DNA of 64,000 nucleotides, taken from contig JBIOXB010000230.1 of the NCBI GenBank assembly GCA_044869275.1, positions 32,001-96,000 of the forward strand, read 5' to 3'. A model generated the notes under the pieces. It saw only the letters and a list, made by a program, of their open reading frames with translations, searched no databases and was not told where the DNA came from. Positions 47,261-57,221 of this stretch are shown one piece after another. Each line of letters begins with the position of its first letter. Position 1 is the stretch's first letter. Source of the stretch: a bacterium. Lineage in GTDB: Bacteria > Zhuqueibacterota > Zhuqueibacteria > Zhuqueibacterales > Zhuqueibacteraceae. The position numbers and the translations under genes are program-made.

Positions 47261-47833
47261 TTATGTGCGTTGTCTATAGAGATTCTTATCCACCACCTGC
47301 ACCATGCGCTCCACCGCCAGTGCGTTGTCCAGGAAGCCATTGATCCTGGCCGCCTGGGTGTGCGGATTCGACATCACTTCACGGTATTGAATATCCAAGA
47401 CCTTGAAATTGGGCTGGATGGCCAGCCAGGTTTCGAGCTTGAACAGATGCTTGCGGAAGAGCGCGGCCATTTCGTCGTCGCTGATGGCGTCCGTGGGCTC
47501 ACCACGGCGCTGGAGCATTTGCCTTTGCGATGCCAGCGTTTCCTCCAATTTGCGGCGCATGAAAATGACGCGATATTGATAGTCCGGCGGCAGATGTTGC
47601 AGCAGCTCGGAGATCATTTTCACGACTTTGCCCTTGGCCTCCGGCAGCCAGGCTTTGTCGGTTTTGATTTGCTTGACGCGCTCGAATTCATAGTAGCCTT
47701 TGGGATTGTCTTCATCCGCGGTGCGCTGGTGATCCGCCAGCACCGGCAATCCTCCGGCTTCGAGCATCATCATCATCATCGAGGTACCGGAACGCGGCAG
47801 GCCCGAAACGATCGTGATCACATCTTTCCTCAT
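47261..47833 (-). CDS. Small sulfotransferase-family protein
   Basis: VSGLPRSGTS.MM, N.KGYYE, FMRR...E..ASQ. Confidence 0.82.
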   Translation of the reverse strand: MRKDVITIVSGLPRSGTSMMMMMLEAGGLPVLADHQRTADEDNPKGYYEFERVKQIKTDKAWLPEAKGKVVKMISELLQHLPPDYQYRVIFMRRKLEETLASQRQMLQRRGEPTDAISDDEMAALFRKHLFKLETWLAIQPNFKVLDIQYREVMSNPHTQAARINGFLDNALAVERMVQVVDKNLYRQRT

Positions 47834-47887
47834 CGGCAATCTCGGTTGAAGTGAATGGCAATACTTCGCCAGAATTCATCTGCGGCG

Positions 47888-50239
47888 TCATGTCGCCGAA
47901 CTGGAAGTACGGCGTTTGCTTTTGTTCTTGCGTTTCTTGTCGCCGTCCTTGCCATAATAATAGTAGTGATAGTAATAGTAATAGCTGCCGTACATGCTTT
48001 CGATTTGCACGCCGTTGAGCAACGCGCCGAGAATGCGCGAGTTGACGTTCTTCAACAGCGTGCAGGCGCGATGCGCCGCTTCGCGATCGGTTTGGCCCGC
48101 CTTCACCACGAGAATGACACCGTCGAGACGCGAGCTCAACACCGCGGCATCGGTGACGGCGATGATCGGCGGGCTGTCGAATAAGACGATGTCGAACATG
48201 GACTTCATTTCTTCCAGCGTGCGCGTCATCGCGCTGGAGGCGAGCAGCTCCGAAGGATTGGGCGGCAAAGTGCCGCACGGCATCACAAAGAGGTTTTCGA
48301 TTTCCGTCTTTTGCACGGCCTCTGCGATGGTCGCACGGCCCACGAGCACATTGGAAAGGCCGATGCGCCGGTCAATTTTGAAAATCGAATGCAACACCGG
48401 CCGGCGCAAATCCGAGTCGATGAGCAACACGCGGCTGCCCATTTGCGCCATGGTGATCGCCAGGTTCGAAACCGAAGTCGATTTGCCCTCGCCGGGTCCC
48501 GGGCTGGTTACCAGCAGCGCTTTCAAATCGCGGTCGAGCTTGGTGTACTGCAAGTTCGTACGGAAAGTGCGATAGGCTTCGGAGATCGGCGATTTCGGGG
48601 CGAAGTGTGTGATCAAACGCGCGGCCATGGCCTTGGCTTCCTCCGTGTCCAAGTTGCTCGCCTTGCCATTCATACCGTTGACTGAGAGCTGCAGGCGCTT
48701 GGTCGCCTCCTCCTGCGTAATCACCGGAATCGAGCCCAGCACCGTCACGCCGATTTTCTCGATATCTTCGTGCGAACGCACGGTGTTATCGATGTATTCC
48801 AGCAAGAACGTCAGCGCCAGGCCCAGGCCCAGCCCGATCAGCGCGCCGAGCACGAAATTCAGCTTGGTTCTCGGCCGGATCGGAATTTTCGGCGCCTTGG
48901 CAGGATCGATGATGCGCACCTGCCCCAACTGCCCGACCTCGGTGATGCGCGTTTCAGTGAATTTTTCTTTCATCATCAAATAGATCTTTTCGTCCACCGC
49001 TGCGGAGCGCTGTAAGCGCGCAAGCTGCAGGCTTTTTTCCGGAAGGGCGTCCAGCTCGCGATTGTATTGCGCCACCACATTTTTCAAAGCTTCGAGCTTG
49101 GGCTGCAGGCCCTGCAGGTTCGCTTCGATTTCGATCTTGCGCGCGACCAAATTCGAGCCCAGCGCCACCGGATCCAACACCTCGGCTTTGGCGAGCTTGG
49201 CGATCTCTTCACGCAATTGCTTGTTTAAGATCTCGATTTGTTCGTCATATTGGCGGATTTGCGGATCGTCTTCACGATACACGCCTTTGTTGAGCAGATT
49301 GGCGATGTAGAGCGCGCGCTTGCTGACGAACTCACCGATTTGCTTCTTCAAGCTTTCGAAATAAGGCGTGGTGGAAATATTTTGCAGATCAAAATTTTCC
49401 TTATTGAGATCGAGCTGTTTGTTGATGTAAGCCAAACGCTGCTCGTTGGAATTGTACTCGGTGAGGGCTTCGTTGTACAACCCCTCGAACTCCGCGAGCT
49501 TTTTGATCAACTCCTGGGTTTCGTCGGGAAGTGCCGCGACTTTTTCGCTTTGCTTGAACAACTTGAGGGAATCTTCCGAGCGCGCGAGCTGATTTTCGAC
49601 CGTGCGCAGTTGATTTTCCAAGAAAATCTTGACCTGGCGGATTTCTTCCTGGCTGTTCAGGCGATTGCGCTCACTGTAGGCGTTCGCCAGCGTGTTGGTG
49701 ATGAACATGGCTTCTTCGGGCGAGGCGGCGCTCACGCGGATCTCGATCATATCCGTGTCGCGAATCGGCGTGATGCTCAAGCGTTCACGCATATCCTCGA
49801 CGATATCGTCGAGCGTCTCTTCCTCTTCCATGGATTGCTCCACGCCGAACAAGCCCAGCAGCCATTGCCCGGCGCTGGCCAGCAAATTGGTGTTGCCCGA
49901 GGGCCTGCGGTTGAGCAATTCCAATTGATCCGCAAACTCGGAGGTCTGCAAACGATTGATGACGGTTTCAGCCAGGCTGCGACTGTTCAAAATCTCCACC
50001 TGGTTGTTGATCATCGTTTCCTTGTTCATGAAACCGCCGATGTCGAACAGCGCATGCTCGACACCCTTGTCTTCAATCATCAATTTCGCGGAAGCTTCGT
50101 ATTCCGCCTTCGTGGTAAACGTGACATAAGCCGTGATCGCCATCACCACCAGAAACGAAGTGACGACCACCCAACGACCGCGGTAAAAAATCCGCAAATA
50201 ATCGTTGAATGAGGCTTGCCGTTCGTTCAGTTCTTCCAT
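47888..50239 (-). CDS. wzc: Polysaccharide co-polymerase/tyrosine autokinase (Wzc-type)
   Basis: Two TM segments flanking a periplasmic coiled coil; EAYR..RTN, PGEGKST, D.DLRRP, PPNP.ELL, DSPP; C-terminal Tyr cluster. Confidence 0.92.
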   Translation of the reverse strand: MEELNERQASFNDYLRIFYRGRWVVVTSFLVVMAITAYVTFTTKAEYEASAKLMIEDKGVEHALFDIGGFMNKETMINNQVEILNSRSLAETVINRLQTSEFADQLELLNRRPSGNTNLLASAGQWLLGLFGVEQSMEEEETLDDIVEDMRERLSITPIRDTDMIEIRVSAASPEEAMFITNTLANAYSERNRLNSQEEIRQVKIFLENQLRTVENQLARSEDSLKLFKQSEKVAALPDETQELIKKLAEFEGLYNEALTEYNSNEQRLAYINKQLDLNKENFDLQNISTTPYFESLKKQIGEFVSKRALYIANLLNKGVYREDDPQIRQYDEQIEILNKQLREEIAKLAKAEVLDPVALGSNLVARKIEIEANLQGLQPKLEALKNVVAQYNRELDALPEKSLQLARLQRSAAVDEKIYLMMKEKFTETRITEVGQLGQVRIIDPAKAPKIPIRPRTKLNFVLGALIGLGLGLALTFLLEYIDNTVRSHEDIEKIGVTVLGSIPVITQEEATKRLQLSVNGMNGKASNLDTEEAKAMAARLITHFAPKSPISEAYRTFRTNLQYTKLDRDLKALLVTSPGPGEGKSTSVSNLAITMAQMGSRVLLIDSDLRRPVLHSIFKIDRRIGLSNVLVGRATIAEAVQKTEIENLFVMPCGTLPPNPSELLASSAMTRTLEEMKSMFDIVLFDSPPIIAVTDAAVLSSRLDGVILVVKAGQTDREAAHRACTLLKNVNSRILGALLNGVQIESMYGSYYYYYHYYYYGKDGDKKRKNKSKRRTSSSAT

Positions 50240-50411
50240 AATGAATACGTCCTATATCTGATGCATCCCAATGCTGGCGGCCAGTGCACGGCATGCCGGC
50301 CGCACGACCCTTTTTTTGTTTTGATAAGATGACGAAGACGCGGTTCTGCAGCAGCCAAGTCCGGGGCGTGCTTACGCGATCAGCCAAGATACGCGGGTGG
50401 CGTGGCGGCGA

Positions 50412-51032
50412 TCAATTGCGCTGCGCCACACTGATCCAAAAGTAGACCTGGCCGATGACGGCAATTTTCGAGGCGAAATCCAGAACCTTGTTGAGCGTAT
50501 TGAGTGCCGTGCCTTCAACAATGATCGTGTCACCCGGCATCAACGGCGGAATGAGCTCCGGTTTGCCGGTGGCCAGGTAATTTTTCACGTTCACCTGGAT
50601 CACTCGCTGCGGCGGAGCGCCGTCTTTGCCGTTCAGGACGATCACCGGCCGGCTCTGATTGACGCCGCCATTGGCGCTGCGCTCCACGGCCGTGGTCTTC
50701 ACTTCCGCGAGATTCGTGCGCACGATTCTGATGGACTTGATTTTGGCCTGCTCGATGGGGCCGCCGGCAAATGACATCAAAGAAATCAAATCGGTATCGG
50801 TGGGCACCATGTATTGGCCGGGCTTGCGGACGAATCCCCAAATGTTCACACGCATGAGCAATTCGTCGGCCGCGCCCAAAAAATACTGTGCGCCGCGATG
50901 CGGGATGGCGCCGGGCGGTCTCTCATCTGGAGGCTCAGCTTCCTGGGCAAAAACGGGAACGTAGGAGGACACTACTGCGGAGAGGAGCAGAAATACTGCT
51001 CGCAGGATAACACGTCGCATGACATCACCCAT
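50412..51032 (-). CDS. SLBB-domain polysaccharide export protein (Wza-related, truncated architecture)
   Basis: Signal peptide; VNIWG.V.KPG.Y, L......AGG, L.PGD.I.V; amphipathic C-terminal helix; upstream of wzc. Confidence 0.75.
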   Translation of the reverse strand: MGDVMRRVILRAVFLLLSAVVSSYVPVFAQEAEPPDERPPGAIPHRGAQYFLGAADELLMRVNIWGFVRKPGQYMVPTDTDLISLMSFAGGPIEQAKIKSIRIVRTNLAEVKTTAVERSANGGVNQSRPVIVLNGKDGAPPQRVIQVNVKNYLATGKPELIPPLMPGDTIIVEGTALNTLNKVLDFASKIAVIGQVYFWISVAQRN

Positions 51033-51635
51033 AGAATTTTATAAGGCCGCTCCGTCCCGGCGTCTTTGCGCATCTTGCAATGCGCGCTGTCGCGAGGGCG
51101 GCGCAGTCTGGTGGTTCGTGGTGCCTTTCCCATCCTTGAAAAAGGCGCGTCAAACGCAAGCTACGAATCCGTGTAACTCTTCATTCGACTCCGGTGTGGT
51201 GCGTTTGCATCGCGCTCAAACTCCTCAAATATCATGCCTGCACGAGGGCAATCACCACGCACGGATAGCACACGAGAATTGATCGGCTTTAATATATCGG
51301 CAAGGAGCGGAAAGTGCGAAAAATGCCAGGAGGGAATTTCAAGTGCGGCAAGGGCCTTCCGCTAAAAGCGCGGGCGGGGCGATATGTGTCAAGATTGTGA
51401 CTTCAAATTGATCAGCTTGCCAGTCGCTTCTTCTGCGGTGAAAGACCCCTCTTCTTTGCGATGATTTCAATTTCGCAATCTATGATACAGTTTTTGTCGC
51501 AGCAGGGAACAATGGCGAAACCCGAGAGCTTGCCCAAATGCTCACGCGCCTCCGCGGATCGACAATAACAAGCTGGAGCCAGAAGCATAATCGTCGCTTG
51601 CAAAAAAATCCGGCCTTGTTGATCGCGGCAACTGC

Positions 51636-52334
51636 TCACCGCCAATCGATCACCTCCGTCTTTTCGGGTATGGCAAAAGAAAAAAGCTGGTCGTTGAGCG
51701 GCGGGTTGAGGGCGAAATTCTTCAGGCGATAGACGGTAATGTTGTCGTTCAAATCGCGCTGCTCGATTTGCACGGCGACCGAGTTTTTTTTATCTACCCA
51801 AACCGTGACGCTGCGCGCGTAAGCCTCTTCGTCGCGCGCCTCGAGCTGCACCACATGGCAGTCCCTGCCGTCCACAGTTTCGCTGCGCAAATACTTGGGC
51901 TTGAATTCGCTGGTGTATTTTATCAACAAGTCGCGTGGCAGCGGATTTTCATCGGATTTTTCCAGGTGATCGACGAAGACTTGCGACTTTTCCGGCGAAT
52001 ACGTCCACACGGTGGTGCCGTCAGTCACGATCGTCTGTACCTCGGTTTCAATGCGATAGCGGTCGCCTTTTTTGAGATACAGTTTGCCGGACAGGGTTTG
52101 CGTCTCGCCGGCCAGCGCCCAGGTGTAATCTTTCTCGAAATCCGCGGTGAGGGATTGCAAATTTTCATAGGTGGAGCGCACTTTCGAGATGATTTTGGCG
52201 GCATCTTCCTGGGCAAAAAGCAGAGAACAAAAGGCAAAAGCCGAAAAACAAAGAGCAAAAAGCAACGTCACGGTTCCGGCGGCAACAGCATGGCGCGGGC
52301 GACACACTGGGCTAAACATAAATGAAGACTTCAT
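51636..52334 (-). CDS. lolA: Outer membrane lipoprotein chaperone LolA family
   Basis: Signal peptide; L.ADF, G......R, DG..VW.Y, F.F..P; directly downstream of ftsK. Confidence 0.85.
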   Translation of the reverse strand: MKSSFMFSPVCRPRHAVAAGTVTLLFALCFSAFAFCSLLFAQEDAAKIISKVRSTYENLQSLTADFEKDYTWALAGETQTLSGKLYLKKGDRYRIETEVQTIVTDGTTVWTYSPEKSQVFVDHLEKSDENPLPRDLLIKYTSEFKPKYLRSETVDGRDCHVVQLEARDEEAYARSVTVWVDKKNSVAVQIEQRDLNDNITVYRLKNFALNPPLNDQLFSFAIPEKTEVIDWR

Positions 52335-54802
52335 CCATTCAATCCCATCTGTTCCAAATAGGTTTCATCCACCAGCACTTCTCGCGCTTTGCTGCCGTCG
52401 AAGCCGCCGACGATGCCAGCCGCTTCCAATTCATCAATCAAGCGCGCGGCGCGCGAGTAGCCAATTTTCAAGCGGCGCTGCAAGAGGGAGATCGAACCCT
52501 GCTGGTGCCGCACGACCAGTTTCAAAGCTTCATTGAACAGCTCGTCACGGCGGCCATCCGCAGCCGGGCCAAAGCCGTCATCGCTTTCGCTCTCCTCACG
52601 CACCGGCAGCAGCTCTTTTTGATAGAACGGCTGGTTGCGAATGTGCTCGATGGTGCGCTCGATGTCTTCCGAGGAAGCATATGCGCCGTGAATGCGCACC
52701 GGTTCCGGGCTGCCCGGCGGCAGAAACAGCATGTCACCGTTGCCCAGCAGTTTTTCCGCGCCGTTCATGTCCAGAATCGTGCGCGAATCGATCTTCGACG
52801 CCACTTGAAACGCCATGCGCGCCGGAAAGTTCGCTTTGATCACGCCGGTGATGACGTCGACCGAAGGCCGCTGCGTGGCGACGACGAGGTGAATGCCAAC
52901 CGCGCGCGCCAACTGCGTCAGGCGCGCGATGGGCTCTTCCACTTCTTTCGCAGCCGTGAGCATGAGATCGGCGAGCTCGTCAATCACCAGCACAATGTAA
53001 GGCAGCGGTTGCGGCTCGCGTGCTTCCTCCGTTTCCGTTCCCTCCAGCCCCAAGCCCCTCTCGGCCGGCAAAGCGATTTTGCCCTCGCGCAAACGCGCAT
53101 TGTATTCCGCGATGTTGCGCACGCCCACACTCGCCAGTAAATTGTAGCGATTCTCCATCTCCCATTCCAGGCTGCGCAGCACCGCCAGCGCATTTTGCGG
53201 TGAGGTGACGACTTCCTCGTTCAAGTCCTCGCGGTAGCTCAGATGATGCTTGCGCAACATGCGATAGCTCGTCAGCTCGAGGCGCTTGGGGTCAACCATC
53301 ACGAACTGCACTTCTTTGGGATGGGCCTTGAACAGAATGCTGGCGATGATCGTGTTCAAACAAACGCTTTTGCCCGAGCCCGTCGCGCCCGCGATCAGCA
53401 TGTGCGGCATTTTTTCGATCGAGGTCACATAGGGCTTTCCGGAAATGGTTTTGCCCAGCGCGATCGTCAATGGCGAAGTTGATCCGCGAAATTCCTCGGA
53501 TTCCAGGAGATGGCGCAGATAAACGGTTTGCGGTTCGGGATTCGGCAACTCGACGCCGACCGCGGCTTTGCCGGGAATGGGCGCGACGATGCGGATGCGT
53601 TTGGCCCGCATCGCCAATGCCAGATCATCCGCCAGTGCGGTGATGCGGCTTACTTTAATGCCGGGCGCCGGCTCGAATTCATAGCGCGTAATCACCGGCC
53701 CGGGATTGATCTCGCGCACCTCGCCCGCGACGTCGAATTCTGCTAGGCGTTCCTCCAGCGTGCGCTTGTTGATCAGCAACTCTTCTTTCGACTGCACTTT
53801 CTCCTCTTCGTGCGTAACGTGCAGCAAATCCAGTGGAGGAAAAATGTAGCGATCCAAGCCACTCGCATGAGGTTTTGGCCCTGCTCTCCCGGCCAGCGGG
53901 CCGTTGTCCTCCGCGTCCTGCAGTACTTTCTTGCTCACAGGAGCTGAAGCGATGGAATTCGCTTCGCCCAAAGCGGGCCGTGGCCGCGCCGGCAAACCCG
54001 CATTGGGCGCGGAAATGGCGCCGATGGGTGGCGGCTCGATGCCTTCGCGCAATCGCGCCAGCCTTTTCCATGTCGGTTCCTGCGGCACCGTAACCACGCT
54101 GGACTTGGCGGGAGTTTCGTCTTCCTCCTGGTCGAACTCTTCATCCCCGGCTTCGCGCCTGCTGGCGGATTTCAAGGCAGGCTTTTGCGGCAAACTGGGG
54201 TGCCATGCACGCACGGATTCTTTCCATTCTTCAAAGCGCTCACCGAAGTGGGAGAACCAATCTGCCGCATGGTAATAAGCCTCGCTCAGGCTCAGCCTCA
54301 TCGTCATCACGAACAAAACGGCGCCGAGCGCCAGCAACACGATGACGCTGCCGATGGCGCCGAAGACCAGATGCAGATGATAGGCAATGAATCCGCCGAT
54401 CAAACCGGAATATTTGTAGCCGCTGAGCTTGGTTTCGGGATCCATGGCATAAGGCAACCCCAAAAACGTGGCGAGATAGAGCGTTCCCAACAAGACATAA
54501 TAAGTGGCCTGCGCCATGTTTTCGCGCGCGCCGCCGCGGAAATAATTCCATCCCCACGACATGAGCAAAAAGGGCACCACGACGCCGGGATAGCCGAAGA
54601 GGATCTTGATGATCCAATACGAGAGGTACGCCCCGGCCACGCCCATGGCATTGCGCACTTTGAGAAACTGCATGCCCTGCGGGTCTTCCGCCGTGTCGTA
54701 CGAAATCAAGCTCACCAGCACGAGCATGCCCAGGGTCATCAGCAGGATGCCCAAAATCTCTTCCCGCTGATGCTGGTCGATGCGCGCGCGTTTCTCTGCC
54801 AT
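52331..54802 (-). CDS. ftsK: DNA translocase FtsK
   Basis: N-terminal TM domain; GPVITRYE, AGATGSGKS, IDELADLM, ATQRPSVDVITG, LQRRLKIGY.RAARLID. Confidence 0.97.
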   Translation of the reverse strand: MAEKRARIDQHQREEILGILLMTLGMLVLVSLISYDTAEDPQGMQFLKVRNAMGVAGAYLSYWIIKILFGYPGVVVPFLLMSWGWNYFRGGARENMAQATYYVLLGTLYLATFLGLPYAMDPETKLSGYKYSGLIGGFIAYHLHLVFGAIGSVIVLLALGAVLFVMTMRLSLSEAYYHAADWFSHFGERFEEWKESVRAWHPSLPQKPALKSASRREAGDEEFDQEEDETPAKSSVVTVPQEPTWKRLARLREGIEPPPIGAISAPNAGLPARPRPALGEANSIASAPVSKKVLQDAEDNGPLAGRAGPKPHASGLDRYIFPPLDLLHVTHEEEKVQSKEELLINKRTLEERLAEFDVAGEVREINPGPVITRYEFEPAPGIKVSRITALADDLALAMRAKRIRIVAPIPGKAAVGVELPNPEPQTVYLRHLLESEEFRGSTSPLTIALGKTISGKPYVTSIEKMPHMLIAGATGSGKSVCLNTIIASILFKAHPKEVQFVMVDPKRLELTSYRMLRKHHLSYREDLNEEVVTSPQNALAVLRSLEWEMENRYNLLASVGVRNIAEYNARLREGKIALPAERGLGLEGTETEEAREPQPLPYIVLVIDELADLMLTAAKEVEEPIARLTQLARAVGIHLVVATQRPSVDVITGVIKANFPARMAFQVASKIDSRTILDMNGAEKLLGNGDMLFLPPGSPEPVRIHGAYASSEDIERTIEHIRNQPFYQKELLPVREESESDDGFGPAADGRRDELFNEALKLVVRHQQGSISLLQRRLKIGYSRAARLIDELEAAGIVGGFDGSKAREVLVDETYLEQMGLNG

Positions 54803-54906
54803 TCCTTCACTCCAATCCTGATACAGATCAACTTCCCTGCAAAATAAAACCTGGGATTACTCGTGTTACTCAGTGGCTAAAATTTTTGATTTTTCCAAGC
54901 TCTTTT

Positions 54907-56004
54907 TTAGTACGGCCGTTGATAAAACGGCGTTTTGACGAGGCGCGCATTTACCATTCGGCCACGAACATCGATTTGAATCTCCGTGCCCACCGCGCTG
55001 CGCGGCGCCGCGACGTAACCCATGCCAATCGACTTTTGCAAAGAAGGCGAAAACGTGCCACTGGTCACTTGCCCGAGGTTTTCGCCCTCTTTCAAAATGG
55101 CGAAGCCGTGGCGCGCGATGTTCTTGCCTTCCAGTTCGAACCCAACGAGTTTGCGTTGCGGACCGGCGGTTTTGGTTTGCGCCATCGGGGCTTTGCCGAT
55201 GAAATCGCCCTTGTCGAGCTTCGTGATCCAGCCCAAACCGGCTTCAATGGGATTGGTGGTTTGATCGATATCGTTGCCATAGAGACAGAACTTCATTTCG
55301 AGGCGCAGGGTATCGCGCGCGCCGAGGCCGGCGGGCTCGATCCCGAATTCGGCGCCCGCGGCCATGATCGCTTCCCACAAGCGTTGCGAGTGCTCGGCGG
55401 GAAAACCCACCTCAAAGCCGTCTTCGCCGGTATAGCCGTTGCGCGAAATCAAAGCCGGAACGGCTGCCAGCTCCGCTTGCGCGAACCAATAGTATTTGAT
55501 CTCCTGCAAATTCATGCGCGTCAGTTTTTGCAGCGTGGCTTCGGCGTGGCGGCCCTGTACGGCGAGCAAGCCGGTGGCTTCGCTCACGTCGCGCATGTCC
55601 ACGTTCGCCTCCGCATGTTGTGCGAGCCAGTCCCAGTCTTTTTGCAAATTGGAGGCATTGACCACGGTCAGGTAGCGATCGGGCAAACGATACACGATCA
55701 AATCATCGACGATGCCGCCGCCGGGATAACACATGGCGGAATACTGCGCCTGCCCCACTTCCAGTTTGGATACGTCGTTGATCGTCATGCGCTGCAAAAA
55801 CGCCAGTGCCCCGGTGCCGCGAAGCTCGAACTCGCCCATGTGCGAAACGTCAAAAAGGCCGAGGGCGCTCCGGACTTTTTGGTGCTCCTCAATAATGCCG
55901 CGGTACTGCACCGGCATCAAATATCCGCCAAATTCAACCATCTTCGCGCCGAGGGCGGTATGGACGCCGTACAACGCGGTGCGTTTGGGAGAGGGGGCGT
56001 TCAT
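54907..56004 (-). CDS. gcvT: Glycine cleavage system aminomethyltransferase T
   Basis: FDVSHMG, DDL, GYTGEDGFE, GLGARDTLRLE, LYG.D. Start at MNAPS. Confidence 0.95.
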   Translation of the reverse strand: MNAPSPKRTALYGVHTALGAKMVEFGGYLMPVQYRGIIEEHQKVRSALGLFDVSHMGEFELRGTGALAFLQRMTINDVSKLEVGQAQYSAMCYPGGGIVDDLIVYRLPDRYLTVVNASNLQKDWDWLAQHAEANVDMRDVSEATGLLAVQGRHAEATLQKLTRMNLQEIKYYWFAQAELAAVPALISRNGYTGEDGFEVGFPAEHSQRLWEAIMAAGAEFGIEPAGLGARDTLRLEMKFCLYGNDIDQTTNPIEAGLGWITKLDKGDFIGKAPMAQTKTAGPQRKLVGFELEGKNIARHGFAILKEGENLGQVTSGTFSPSLQKSIGMGYVAAPRSAVGTEIQIDVRGRMVNARLVKTPFYQRPY

Positions 56005-56008
56005 ATGA

Positions 56009-57217
56009 TCAACCTTCTGATTCGGAACCCAGCGTGGTATTGCCAGATCGCGGTGCCAGCGCTGCAAGGGCTGTTTTCATGCGGCGCAGGCCTTCACGAA
56101 TGTTTTCGATCGAGGTCGCATAACTCAAGCGCACATAACCTTCTCCGAATTTTCCGAACGCCGTGCCGGAGAGCACGGCCACCCCGGCTTCCGCGAGCAA
56201 ATAGTCGGAAAGCTTTTTGCAATCCCATGGCAGCTTTTTGACGTTGGCAAAACAGTAGAACGCACCACCTGGTGTGATGCAGCTCACGCCTGGGATGCCG
56301 TTCAGGCCCGCGACCATCAAATCCCGGCGCCGGCGAAACTCCTGGACAAAGCCCTCGATCTCGCCGGTGGGGCCCTGCAGCGCGGCCACGCCCGCGTCCT
56401 GCACGAATGCCGCAGTGCAGCTATTGCTATTGATCATCAGGCGCTCGAGCTGTTTCGCCAACGGCACGGGCATCACGCCATAGCCCAAGCGCCAGCCGGT
56501 CATGGCGTAGGTTTTCGAGAAACCGTCGAGCAAAATCGTGCGATCCAAAATATCGGGCTCGGAGAGGATGCTGGCATGCTCGCCTTCATAAATGATTTGT
56601 TTGTAAATCTCGTCGCTGAGGATCCACAGATCATGCCGCCGCGCCAGCGCCGCAATCGCGCGCACGTCTTCGCGCGTTAGAATGCCGCCGGTGGGATTTT
56701 GCGGCGTGTTGATTACGATCATGCGCGTGCGCGGGGTGAGCAATTTCTCCAAATCGGAGATTTCGAAACGGAAGCCTTTTTCTTCCCTCAACTGCAACGG
56801 CACGGCGCGCGCCCCGGAGAATTCAATCACCGATTCGTAAATTGGAAACCCGGGATTCGGATAGATCACTTCGTCTTCGGGATCGATCAACGCCAGCAGC
56901 GCAAAGAACATGATGGGCTTGGCGCCGGGCGTGACCACGACATTTTCCGCCTTGAGGGCAAGGCCGCGTGTGCGATTGACATGATCCGCGATCGTCTGGC
57001 GCAACTCCATGATGCCGGGTGCCGGCGTGTAGTGCGTGCGGCCGCGGCGCAGCGCCTGCACCGCCGCTTCCACGATGAATGAGGGGGTATCGAAATCGGG
57101 CTCGCCAATCTCCAAGTGCACGATGTTTTTCCCCTGAGCCTCGAGCTGGCGCGCTTTCGCCAGCACTTCGAAGGCCGTTTCCGTGCCCAGGCGCTCCATC
57201 CGTTTCGCGATTTTCAT
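56009..57217 (-). CDS. PLP-dependent class I/II aminotransferase (aspartate aminotransferase-like)
   Basis: GEPDF, NP.G, SDEIY, FSKTYAMTGWRLG, GAFY, R.SYA. Confidence 0.93.
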   Translation of the reverse strand: MKIAKRMERLGTETAFEVLAKARQLEAQGKNIVHLEIGEPDFDTPSFIVEAAVQALRRGRTHYTPAPGIMELRQTIADHVNRTRGLALKAENVVVTPGAKPIMFFALLALIDPEDEVIYPNPGFPIYESVIEFSGARAVPLQLREEKGFRFEISDLEKLLTPRTRMIVINTPQNPTGGILTREDVRAIAALARRHDLWILSDEIYKQIIYEGEHASILSEPDILDRTILLDGFSKTYAMTGWRLGYGVMPVPLAKQLERLMINSNSCTAAFVQDAGVAALQGPTGEIEGFVQEFRRRRDLMVAGLNGIPGVSCITPGGAFYCFANVKKLPWDCKKLSDYLLAEAGVAVLSGTAFGKFGEGYVRLSYATSIENIREGLRRMKTALAALAPRSGNTTLGSESEG

Positions 57218-57221
57218 GCCT

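Noticed and set aside
51033..51635. ops/JUMPstart element or sigma54 promoter in the locus leader
   Set aside because: No GGCGGTAG found on the coding strand, and the TGGCA candidate has wrong -12 spacing.
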